Part shown: piece by piece, positions 25,848-34,717 of the stretch
Position numbering within the stretch: position 1 is the stretch's first letter
How the letters are laid out: each line of letters opens with the position of its first letter
Source of the DNA: Pseudomonadota bacterium
Lineage (GTDB): Bacteria > Pseudomonadota > Alphaproteobacteria > Sphingomonadales > Sphingomonadaceae
Direction: 5' to 3'
NCBI GenBank assembly: GCA_040388765.1
Contig: JAZKBG010000005.1
Span: 17,045 to 81,044, forward strand
DNA length: 64,000 nt
The notes under the pieces: model-generated
Databases searched by the model: none
Seen by the model: the letters and a program-made list of their open reading frames with translations, nothing else
Told to the model about the DNA's origin: nothing
Made by a program: the position numbers and the translations under genes

Positions 25848-26726
25848 ATGCAGATGACACATATGATCCGCGTTGTTTTGCTTCTTGGTCTGGCTGGCAG
25901 TTACGCGCTCGCGACACCTGCGGTAGCGCAGGATACGGCGGTAACTGACTCGAGCGCGCCCGCCTCCGACGTCGGTTCGGGTCTAACAATTGGCTTGGGG
26001 GGAGCATATCTGCCTGACTACGAGGGATCGGACGACTATCGCCTCGTCCCCGGGCCAGTGGCCATCGGCTCGGTGAGTGGATTCAGTTTCACGCTGGCCG
26101 GCAATCGGCTGAGCGTCGATATGATCCCGAACAAGTCCGGTCCTACTTGGGACATTCAGGCTGGCCCGATCGGCGTTCTCAACTTGAACCGAACGAGTCG
26201 GAAGAGCATTGATAATGTCCGCGTCAAAGCACTCGACGAACTCGATATGGGTATCGAAGCCGGCGGCTTTGTTGGCATTGGCAAGACCGGCCTGATCACG
26301 AGCGATTTCGATAAGCTATCCGTCTCGATTAGCTACAGGAAAGACGTTGCCGGCGCCAGCAAAGGCAGCGTTTGGCAGCCCTCGATAAACTATCTCACAC
26401 CTCTCAGCCGCAAGGCCGCCATCGCGCTATTCGCATCTGCTGAGCGTGTCAGCGATCGATACGCGCGCTACTACTTTTCGGTATCCCCGTCGGATAGCCT
26501 CCTCAGCGGATTGCCGGCATATTCCGCGGAAGGGGGAACCAAGAGTTACACTTTGGGGGCCCTTGCTACCGTCGCGTTGACAGGCGACCTTCTTCATGGC
26601 GCAAAGCTTGTGGCGGGCGGGACGTACAAACGCCTTCAAGGCAACATCGCTGATTCACCGATCGTGTCAATCGCCGGCGACCGCACTCAATGGCTTGGAG
26701 CAATCGGTTTGGCTTACACGTTCTAG
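25848..26726 (+). CDS. MipA/OmpV-family outer-membrane protein
   Basis: 292 aa. Signal ending PAVAQD, GLGGAYLPDYEGSDDYRLVP motif, terminal ...AYTF. Confidence 0.8.
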   Translation: MQMTHMIRVVLLLGLAGSYALATPAVAQDTAVTDSSAPASDVGSGLTIGLGGAYLPDYEGSDDYRLVPGPVAIGSVSGFSFTLAGNRLSVDMIPNKSGPTWDIQAGPIGVLNLNRTSRKSIDNVRVKALDELDMGIEAGGFVGIGKTGLITSDFDKLSVSISYRKDVAGASKGSVWQPSINYLTPLSRKAAIALFASAERVSDRYARYYFSVSPSDSLLSGLPAYSAEGGTKSYTLGALATVALTGDLLHGAKLVAGGTYKRLQGNIADSPIVSIAGDRTQWLGAIGLAYTF

Positions 26727-27288
26727 GTGTTTAGTCCCGGCATCTGGTGGATCGGGTTGACGATGAACCGGTCTGGCTCTGACGTCCAGATCTTGGCGAT
26801 GTACTCGTAGGGTGTAAGGCCACTGAGCGTCTTGAGCCGGCGGGCAAAGTTGTAGGCGGCCATGAAGTCGGCGAGGTGCGTCCGGAGCTGGTCGTGGGTC
26901 TCATATTGGAAGCGTTTGACGGTAGCTTCCTTGATGGTTCGGTTCATCCGCTCGACCTGACCGTTTGTCCACGGGTGGTTCGGCTTGGTGAGCCGGTGTT
27001 CGATGTCGTGCGCCTCGCAGATCATGTCGAAGCGCATCTGGCGCGACCAGGCGGTGTTTCGGTTGCGCGGCTGCTCGGCGAACTGGATACCGTTATCGGT
27101 CAGGATCGTGTGGATGCGGTAGGGCACGGCTTTCAGGAGGTGTTCCAGGAACTCCCACGCTGTCCGTCGATCAGCCTTGTCGACCAGCTGGGTGACGGCA
27201 AACTTGCTGGTGCGGTCGATGCCGACGAACAGGTAGAGCTTGCCTTCGGCAGTCTGCACCTCGGCGATATCCATGTGGAAGAAGCCGA
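26723..27288 (-). pseudogene. IS481-family transposase, C-terminal DDE (rve) part
   Basis: GFFHMDIAEVQTAEGKLYLFVGIDRTSKF...TDNGIQF...HPWTNGQVERMNRTIK. The stop TAG lies 2 nt beyond the IS terminus and shares CTAG with the mipA stop. Confidence 0.8.
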
Positions 27289-27389
27289 TTTGACGTGACC
27301 CCCGCCTTTCATCCAGCGGCAACCAGAGACCGACCGTTGTTTGAGGGTCCCCCGGTTTCTCATCCAGATCGAGGGTGAGTATCCGGCGT

Positions 27390-28236
27390 TCATTCGGCGG
27401 CGATCTTGCCCGCGACGGCAGCATATTCGATCGGCGTCAGCCAGCCAAGCGATGTGTGAGGACGGCTCTCGTTATAGTCCCGTCGCCACGCCTCGATCTT
27501 GGCTCGGGCGTCCTCCAGCGACAGGAACCAATGCGTGTTCAGGCATTCGTCCCGCAGGCGACCGTTGAACGATTCCACGAACGCATTGTCCGTAGGTTTA
27601 CCCGGTCGGCTGAAGTCTAGCGTGACGCCATTCTCGTACGCCCAGCGGTCGAGCGCCTTAGAGATGAACTCCGGACCATTGTCGACCCGGATGGTGCGAG
27701 GCCGCCCCAAGGGACAGTGCGATACGCGTCATCGCCGCGACCACCTGCTCGCCCTTGATGCCCTGATCGACGTCGATCGCCAGCGCCTCGCGAGTGAACG
27801 CATCGACGACGGTCAGCGCTCGCAGTCGCCGACCGTCGAACAGCGCATCGGAGACAAAGTCCATCGACCACATCTCGTTCGCCGCCAACGCCGCAGGTTG
27901 CCGCTCGCGGTTGGCAGCGCTGACGTTGCGTCTGGGCCTCTTGAGCCGAAGGCTCAGACCATCGTCCCGGTAGAGCCGGTAGACACGCTTGTGGTTCACC
28001 AACCATCCGTCCCTGCGCAGCAGGATGTAGATCCTGAAGTAGCCGTACCGCGTCCGCGTCGCCGCAAGATCACGGATGCGCAGCATCAGCGGCGCCTGAT
28101 CCGGACGATGCGACACGTACCGCACCGACGACCGATCGACGCCGAGCGCCAGACAACTGCGCCGCTCGCTGACCCCGTGAGACGCCTGGACGTGCGCGAC
28201 GATCTCGCGTCGTCGCCCAGGCGTCAGAGCTTTTTT
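27390..28236 (-). pseudogene. IS3-family transposase OrfB (DDE), carrying an extra frameshift
   Basis: Reads KKALTPGRRREIV... in the -1 frame after the slippery site, then leaves that frame near 27705-27712 (a G run) and resumes as GRPRTIRVDNGPEF...[12 protein letters not shown] in ORF 27390-27710. Confidence 0.75.
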
Positions 28237-28490
28237 GACAGAACGTCCTGCAGGATATGCTTGTCCAGACTGAGGTCCGCGACCAGTTGCTTGAGCTTGC
28301 GGTTCTCCTCCTCGAGCAGCTTCAGACGCCGCAGCTCGCCGACACCGAGCCCGCCGTACACCTTCTTCCAGCGGTAAAACGTCTGCTCCGAAATCCCCAT
28401 CCGGCGGATCACTTCGGCCACTGGCGTGCCGCTCTCCGCCTGCTTCAATGCGAACGCAATCTGCTCCTCCGTATGCCTCGTCTTCTTCAT
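28224..28490 (-). CDS. IS3-family transposase OrfA (HTH)
   Basis: 88 aa, MKKTRHTEEQIAFALKQAESGTPVAEVIRRMGISEQTFYRWKKVYGG plus a leucine-zipper-like tail. Confidence 0.85.
   Translation of the reverse strand: MKKTRHTEEQIAFALKQAESGTPVAEVIRRMGISEQTFYRWKKVYGGLGVGELRRLKLLEEENRKLKQLVADLSLDKHILQDVLSKKL
28230..28236 (-). promoter_or_regulatory. Programmed -1 ribosomal frameshift heptamer A_AAA_AAG
   Basis: Reverse complement of CTTTTTT at 28230-28236, read as tcA AAA AAG in the orfA frame, 2 codons before the orfA stop. The -1 frame continues into orfB. Confidence 0.7.
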
Positions 28491-28571
28491 CGTCAGCTCC
28501 TTCCTCGCGGGTCGTCACAAGGCCGGAAAACTCTCATTCAATCCGGAGGAAAAAACAGGGGGGACGTCAAG

Positions 28572-28966
28572 ATTGGATAGCGCTTGAAGCGCTGGCGCTT
28601 CGGCTTGTCACCTTCGATGTCCGGCAGGCGGGAGATGCCGTGCCGCTGGAGGCAACGATGCAGCGCTGACCGGGTCAGATGCGGGATCGATGGCTGCAGG
28701 GCATAGAGGCAGTCGTCCAATGGCAGCAGGGTATGGCGTCGGAAGGCGACCACCATCGCCTCCTCAGCCTCAGTCAGGGTCGTTGAATGAGGGGCCTTCG
28801 GCCCGGTCTTCAAATCCTCCACCGTCGCCCGCTTGCGCCACTTCGCTACCGTCTTGGGATTGACGCCCAGCTCCCGGCTCAGCGTCGCGAGCGAAGCTTG
28901 CGATCGCTGTATTGCTGCTCTGACGGCGTGCGTGGTCGTGGCGCTCCCGTGACGAACTTGTCCCAT
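28572..28966 (-). pseudogene. IS481-family transposase, N-terminal HTH part
   Basis: MGQVRHGSATTTHAVRAAIQRSQASLATLSRELGVNPKTVAKWRKR... ending at ...RQRFKRYPI, where the IS3 element is inserted. Confidence 0.8.
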
Positions 28967-29023
28967 ATGGCTTCCTTCCACTCCAACGAAAGGATCGCAC
29001 CATCAAACCGTGGGATCAAACAA

Positions 29024-29941
29024 TCTTAGCTTCGGTGACCATATGCCCTTGGCGGGGGCGGTTCGTAAACCCGGCGGGTGCCAACCCGCTAAGGCTGCTG
29101 TGCGGACGTACGGTGTTGTAGTCCGTCCGCCATGCCTCGATGATCCGTCTCGCCGCAGCCAGCGTTGGGAAGAGATGCTCGTTCAGGCACTCATCGCGTA
29201 AGCGACCATTAAACGATTCCACGAAGCCGTTCTGCTGAGGTTTGCCCGGCGCGATGCCACTCGACTCCGGTGTCCTGGCACCAGGTGAGGACGGCGGCTG
29301 GTCAGTTCCGTTCCGTTGTCGCTAACCACCATGCACGGCAGCCCACGATGCTCGGCGATGGCGCTCAGCTCGCGGACGACGCGCCGGCCCGACAGCGAGG
29401 TATCGACGATACACCCCAAGCACTCCCGGCTGTAGTCGTCGATCACGTTGAGCAAGCGGGACAGCCGGCCGCAGGCCAATGCATCCGATACGAAGTCGAG
29501 CGACCAGCGCTGGTTGGGCTCCAGCGGGATCGCCATCGGTGCCCGCGTGCCCAGAGCGCGCTTGCGCCCGCCACGCTTGCGCACCGTCAGCCGCTCCTCG
29601 CGATACAGCCGGTACACCTTCTTCAGGTTCATGCCCTTGCCCTCACGCCGCAGCAGGATCGCCAGCCGCCGGCAGCAGCTTCTTCAGCCGGCGGTTCTCG
29701 TCTTCCAGCGCCCGCAACCGTGCAGCGTCGGACACCGTCAGGCCACCGTACTTCGACTTCCAGTTGTAAAAGGTCGCATCGCTGATCCCGTGCTTGCGGC
29801 ACAGGTCGGCGGTCTTCACGCCAGCCTCATGCTCGCGCAGCACGCCAATGATCTGATCCTCGGTAAATCGGCTTCGCCGCATCGCTCGTCTCCATCTGAC
29901 GAGCTAACTTACCAATGGCATGATTTCTGGGGAGCACGTCA
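29024..29941 (-). mobile_element. Degenerate IS3-family element (internal deletion, frameshifts, one end missing)
   Basis: One recognisable end (comp 29941, TGACGTGCTCCCCAGAAATC). OrfA-like MRRSRFTEDQIIGVLREHEAGVKTADLCRKHGISDATFYNWKSKYGG (29643-29882) is fused by a deletion to OrfB fragments (LLRREGKGMNLKKVYRLY; [11 protein letters not shown]; [17 protein letters not shown]) lying in three frames. The other end is cut by the IS481 terminus at 29023. Confidence 0.7.
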
Positions 29942-30209
29942 ACGTTACCAAAGCGGGGCGAAATATCTCAAAGTCGATGAGCCCGTTCAATTCCTCCAGC
30001 GGATCGCCATTCGCTGCTAGCCGATTCAATGCTCCGATAAGCCAAGAAGTCCCGATTGCCGCATGCCAGTCCGATCCTCGTCAGCAATGAATCATGCCCG
30101 CAGCCGTTTGGCGAGAAGTAAAATGGGTGCCCAGGTTGCTGACTTCTTAGCTTATGTCGACTTCGCACTTGGGCGGAAGGCACCTCCACAGGGGCTTAAT
30201 AGCGACCTG

Positions 30210-31430
30210 CTAAATCAGGCTCCGGAGCGGAACCTGCACGTCACCCGCGGCGGCAAGGTTGACGACCGCGCGCCTGCCAACTAGCCGTCGGCCAACCGCC
30301 ATGTCCGCGCCCCGGTTGAAGGTAAGAACACCTTCTACAATTTTATCCGAGAGAAAGAGGGCAGTAAAGCTGTCGCCCTCCAAGTCGCCGCGCAATATTA
30401 GCCTCAAGCTGTCGTCGATGCGTCCAGCGACCTGGATGTTGAAATCGTACTGGTCGGACCAGAACCAGCAGGGCTGAACATAGCCGCCAGCGCCACCCAA
30501 TATTGCAGCGGCCGCGACGTCCGCCTGCCCAGCCGCGTTCTGAAAGGTCTCCAGCCTGACCCGAGTACCGAAGAAACCGGGCTGGTTGCTCACGTCGCCC
30601 GCTGCCCAGACATGGGGATGGCTCGTCCGGCCCTGCGCATCGACCACGATCCCGTTGGCCACACGGAGGCCTGCGGCCGCCGCGAGTTCGACGTTGGGGT
30701 CGACGCCGATGCCCACCACCACGGCGTCCGATTCCAGACGCACGCCGTTGGTCAGGATCACGGTGCGTACCGTACCGCCTTCCCGCTCCAGCGCAGAGAC
30801 TCCCACTCCGTAATGCCCGGTCACGCCCCGCGCCCTGTGGAGTTCCGATAACCACCCTCCGAAACGGCCACCCAGTGTGCGCAGCATGGCCGCGCTGCCC
30901 GGTTCCACGGCGGTGACCCGACATCCGGCCTGGACGGCACTCGCCGCGACCTCCGCGCCGATCACGCCCATCCCCACCACGACGATCGCGGCCCCCGGCC
31001 GAAGCGCCGCGCGCAGGTCGTCCGCATCGGCGCGGGTCCTGAGGTGATGCACGTTAGCCGCATCCGCGCCCGGAAGATTTAGCCTGCGCGCCCGCACGCC
31101 GGTGGCCAGCAGGACCCGATCTGCCGGGATGCAACGGCTGTCGGCCAGTCGCAGTTGGCCCCCGGAAAGGTCCAGCGCCTCGACCCTCGTCCCGAGTATC
31201 AGGTCGATCTGATTGTCGTCGTACCACCGATCGTCTCGAAGCTCGAACCCCGCCGGCACCGTGTCCGACCGCAACCATTCTTTGGACAGCATCGGCCGAT
31301 GATAGGGCCGCCACGGCTCCTCGCCGATCAGGACGACGCGCCCCTCGAACCCGCCGGAGCGGACAGCGGCCGCCGCCTGAGCGCCGGCAAGATTGGCGCC
31401 GACTATAGCGATCGTTCCGATCATGGTCAT
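30210..31430 (-). CDS. Ferredoxin--NAD(P)+ reductase (FAD-dependent pyridine nucleotide-disulfide oxidoreductase) of a Rieske/P450 electron chain
   Basis: 406 aa. FAD site IAIVGANLAG, NAD site VVVGMGVIGAEVA, overall layout of BphA4/CamA-type reductases. Confidence 0.85.
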   Translation of the reverse strand: MTMIGTIAIVGANLAGAQAAAAVRSGGFEGRVVLIGEEPWRPYHRPMLSKEWLRSDTVPAGFELRDDRWYDDNQIDLILGTRVEALDLSGGQLRLADSRCIPADRVLLATGVRARRLNLPGADAANVHHLRTRADADDLRAALRPGAAIVVVGMGVIGAEVAASAVQAGCRVTAVEPGSAAMLRTLGGRFGGWLSELHRARGVTGHYGVGVSALEREGGTVRTVILTNGVRLESDAVVVGIGVDPNVELAAAAGLRVANGIVVDAQGRTSHPHVWAAGDVSNQPGFFGTRVRLETFQNAAGQADVAAAAILGGAGGYVQPCWFWSDQYDFNIQVAGRIDDSLRLILRGDLEGDSFTALFLSDKIVEGVLTFNRGADMAVGRRLVGRRAVVNLAAAGDVQVPLRSLI

Positions 31431-31454
31431 GCCGGCCTCGTCGTTCCCCGCTAC

Positions 31455-33656
31455 CTAGAAGCGGATTTCCGCACCGATGCCGACGCGCCGCGGACGTTCG
31501 TAGATGATATAGGTGCCAAGCGGGCCCGGGGAGATTTGCTGCGCCACCTTCGCGTTCGTCAGATTGCTGGCAAAGAAGTTGACGCTAATCTTCTCGCCAG
31601 GAAGGCGCAAGCCGATCTCCCCGGACAGCATCGTATATGAATTCTGCACCAGCGAGTTAAGGAAGTCGTAATAAACCTTGCCGCTGTGGAACAAGTTCGC
31701 GCTCGCGGTGAGGCGGCTTTTGCCGATGTCGATGCCATACGTGCCGCCCAGATTGAAGGTATAGCGCGGCGTGCGGATCATCCATTTGCCAGAAACATCT
31801 GCGGAGCTAACGATATTGCCGCCGGTTGGCTTGGGGATGAAGACCTGGGCCTGCGGAAATTTGTCGTACTCGGCGTGGGTGTAGACAGCTGACGCCCGCA
31901 AGTTGAGGTCTCGCATAGGAACAAGGGTGACTTCCAGCTCCCCGCCGTAGATCTTCGCCGTCGCCGCATTCTGCAAGATGAAAGCATTGCCGGCCGAACG
32001 CGCCGTCACCTGCAGGTCGCTATAGTCATAGCGATAGGCCGACAGGTTGGTCCTGAGCCATGACGCGGGGTCGACCTTCAACCCGATTTCGGCCGCCTTG
32101 ATCGACTCCGGATTCACCGCGATCGGCGACGTGCCGAAAGTGTTGAACACCCCGCTCTTGAAGCCGGTGCCGTAGCTTGCGTACACATTGGCGTGATCGG
32201 CAAAATTATATCGCAGCGCAGCGCGATAGGTAAATTTGTTAAATGATTTGCGGGCGGTGCCGAACGGCAGCGGTGTGCCATTGACCGATTGCTCGAATGT
32301 CCGTTTCTCGGTCGTGTAGCGCACACCGCCGGTCAGAAAGAGCGAATCGACGATCTCGTAAGTGCCCTCCGCAAAGCCTGCAAAGGAGGTTGTCGTGACC
32401 TTCGGCTCAAGTAGTGTTTGGCTCGGCACCGCAGTGGGAGATACCGCGCTGTAGATGAACACCGGCTGTTCGCCGGTCAGGCGAAACGCATAGGCTCCGA
32501 GGATCCATTTGAACCGCCCGACACCGGTGGAAAGCAGCCGCACCTCCTGGCTATACGTTTTGGGCCGGACCCGCATGTCGGTATAGCCTAGCAGAATGTT
32601 CGAGGAGTCCGAATCGGCGTATTGATTGACACGCGTCGTCATGAAGGCGCCGGTAGTCTCCAGGTTCACGCCGCCCAGATCGAACTGCGTGCGCAGCGAC
32701 AGATCGAACCGGTTGTAGTCGGATCTCCCGCGCCCATTGAGCGATGCCTCCCAAGCCTGGTCAGGAATAATCACTCCCGGAAATGGCGCACCGGCGGTGT
32801 TTCCCCGGAACGGCTGCTGCGACGCCACCTGATCTTTCGAATCGACATACGCCGCGGTCAGGATGATTTTTGCCGAATCGCTGGGTTCGAACATTAGCTT
32901 GCTGCGTAGCGAAATCGTCCGCGCAGCGCCCAACGTTCCACCGGTGTTGAGGTCACTGATGTAACCGTCGCTCTTGCGGTATAACACCGCAAGATCGGCT
33001 GCGACTGTTTTGCCAAGCCCTCCGGTCACATAACCGCGAACATCGACGTCATTCGCCTCTTCTCGGGAGCGACCGTAGCGCGCGGCGATCCGGCCACTCG
33101 TCGTGAAACTGGGATCCGGCGTGATGACGTTGACCAGCCCGCCAGTGGCATTGCGGCCGAACACGGTGCCCTGCGGGCCGCGCAACACCTCGACCCGCTC
33201 GACCTGGACGAGGTCGATCTGCGTCGAATATGGGTCCGCCTGATAGACGCCATCGACGTAGATCGCGACATTGCTCTCGTCCCCGGTAGAATTCCCTGCC
33301 GAACCGACTCCGCGTATGCTCGGCTGCATCACGTTCTGGTTACGACCGCCGTTGAATGCCGGAATGATCTGGGTAAGGCTGCGGACCTCGCGCACGCCCG
33401 AATTTTCGAGTGCATCGCCACCGATCGCCGTCACCGTCACTGGAATGTTTTGAAGCCGTTCTTCACGGCGCGTAGCGGTGACCACGATGTCGGCAATGCC
33501 GCTGTTATCGGGCGGGGTCGCGGCGGGAGCCGCTGGCGTCTCCTGCGGCGTGGCCGCAGCGGAAGGAACTGGCGCGACCGCTTGCGCCTGCGCGATCGCC
33601 GGGAAACTCACCGCGCAAAATAATGCGAACGGCCGCTTCAGAACCTGCATTGCCAT
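31455..33656 (-). CDS. TonB-dependent outer-membrane receptor embedded in the aromatic catabolic operon
   Basis: 733 aa. Signal ...AIAQAQA, TonB box DIVVTATRREERLQNIPVTVTAI, plug VEVLRGPQGTVFGRNATGGLVNVI, C-terminal EIRF. Confidence 0.9.
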   Translation of the reverse strand: MAMQVLKRPFALFCAVSFPAIAQAQAVAPVPSAAATPQETPAAPAATPPDNSGIADIVVTATRREERLQNIPVTVTAIGGDALENSGVREVRSLTQIIPAFNGGRNQNVMQPSIRGVGSAGNSTGDESNVAIYVDGVYQADPYSTQIDLVQVERVEVLRGPQGTVFGRNATGGLVNVITPDPSFTTSGRIAARYGRSREEANDVDVRGYVTGGLGKTVAADLAVLYRKSDGYISDLNTGGTLGAARTISLRSKLMFEPSDSAKIILTAAYVDSKDQVASQQPFRGNTAGAPFPGVIIPDQAWEASLNGRGRSDYNRFDLSLRTQFDLGGVNLETTGAFMTTRVNQYADSDSSNILLGYTDMRVRPKTYSQEVRLLSTGVGRFKWILGAYAFRLTGEQPVFIYSAVSPTAVPSQTLLEPKVTTTSFAGFAEGTYEIVDSLFLTGGVRYTTEKRTFEQSVNGTPLPFGTARKSFNKFTYRAALRYNFADHANVYASYGTGFKSGVFNTFGTSPIAVNPESIKAAEIGLKVDPASWLRTNLSAYRYDYSDLQVTARSAGNAFILQNAATAKIYGGELEVTLVPMRDLNLRASAVYTHAEYDKFPQAQVFIPKPTGGNIVSSADVSGKWMIRTPRYTFNLGGTYGIDIGKSRLTASANLFHSGKVYYDFLNSLVQNSYTMLSGEIGLRLPGEKISVNFFASNLTNAKVAQQISPGPLGTYIIYERPRRVGIGAEIRF

Positions 33657-33767
33657 ATTCCTCTCCCCTTGCCTCGTTGGGCAACACCAAGATACGCGCA
33701 GCTCATCCGGCGGACTTCCCGCGTGTCAATACGGCGGCGTATGTTTATGGTCCATTCTTGTCAATGC

Positions 33768-34715
33768 TTATGTTTGCTCGCCCGTGGCGGTGAGGTGCGC
33801 GACACCAGAGATCCATCCCGGCGCCGGCCGATATTCTTTCTGTGCGACACGGTATTGACCCGTTGCTCCCATCGCTGCGGACGCGGCGACCCATGCCAAA
33901 AGTTCGTTGGCTCCCGAACCCGCGACCGCGTCGACCGCCGCGGTATCCAAGGCGTCGAGAGCGTCCCAGTCCTGCGCCGCGATCATTTCCAGGACACAAG
34001 CGTCCCAGGCCGGATTGAGCGGCCGTACCGGCCCCTCCCCGCGCGCGGCGTCCGCTGCGACGGCAAGAACCTTAGTTTCCCGTGCTCGCTGCTCGTCACG
34101 GGTCAGCGCTGCCGCCCCGGTCAGGCGGGCCCGCACTTCCGGGCTCGCTCCAGCGATCTGGGGCACCAAGGGGTCGTGGGACAGCCCGCCCGATGCGGCG
34201 AACAGGATGCGCAGGCTGCAGCGTCGCGCGAAACGTCCTACCGCTTCACCCAGCAGACGCGCGCGCCGATAGGTCGGCAGCGGCGGGGCGGCGCAGTTCA
34301 CGAAGATCGGCACAACGGGATAGCGGTCCGCCCGGCCGAACATCAGTTCCCACATCTGCACGAAGCCGTGATCAACCACCATCGCGTAGGAAAGCGCTGC
34401 GTCCACGTCTCCTGCACGTACCGCGTCGAGCACCTGCAGCGCGAACACTTCATCGACCTTCAGCGGTTCGTCTGACGTTGCCCAGTCACCATAGGAACGC
34501 GCAGCCGTCCCAACGCAGAAGCTCGGCATCAGACCGTAGTTGAAACCGTGAAAATGGTCAGGCGCGAACTGGATGATGTGATCGGGGGCAAAGTCTTCGA
34601 CGAAGTTGGCCATCCGGTCGAAAGACGCCTTCACCGCCATGCAAGTGGCATCGTCCGCGAGTTCCGGGTTGAGCATGACGGGGGAGTGCGAGGCACAGGC
34701 GAGGGCGAACGGCAT
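33768..34715 (-). CDS. Class III (LigB-superfamily) extradiol dioxygenase, MhpB-like single-subunit type
   Basis: 315 aa, collinear by eye with E. coli MhpB (FAPDHFHGFNYGLMPSFCVG, VVDHGFVQ, ASGGLSHDPLVP, PLNPAWD). Confidence 0.8.
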   Translation of the reverse strand: MPFALACASHSPVMLNPELADDATCMAVKASFDRMANFVEDFAPDHIIQFAPDHFHGFNYGLMPSFCVGTAARSYGDWATSDEPLKVDEVFALQVLDAVRAGDVDAALSYAMVVDHGFVQMWELMFGRADRYPVVPIFVNCAAPPLPTYRRARLLGEAVGRFARRCSLRILFAASGGLSHDPLVPQIAGASPEVRARLTGAAALTRDEQRARETKVLAVAADAARGEGPVRPLNPAWDACVLEMIAAQDWDALDALDTAAVDAVAGSGANELLAWVAASAAMGATGQYRVAQKEYRPAPGWISGVAHLTATGEQT

Positions 34716-34717
34716 CG

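Larger units (their letters stand above)
27290..28571 (-). mobile_element. IS3-family insertion sequence (IS407-like ends), nested in the IS481 element
   Basis: About 1.28 kb. Ends TGACGTGACCCCC (27290) and comp TTGACGTCCCCCC (28571). Flanked by a duplicated GAT(T) (27286-27289 and 28572-28575). OrfA/orfB organisation with an A_AAA_AAG slippery site. Confidence 0.85.
26728..29023 (-). mobile_element. IS481-family insertion sequence, split by a nested IS3-family element
   Basis: Imperfect terminal inverted repeats TGTTTAGTCCCGG (26728, plus strand) and TGTTTGATCCCACGG (comp 29023). The transposase is in two pieces that rejoin exactly (…FKRYPI|GFFHMD…) once 27290-28571 is removed. Confidence 0.8.

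Noticed and set aside
26720-29030. Target-site duplication for the IS481-family element
   Set aside because: The flanks (TCTAGG on the left, ATCTTA on the right) do not match, so no TSD is claimed. The ends are supported only by the imperfect inverted repeat and by divergence from the second copy at 57083.
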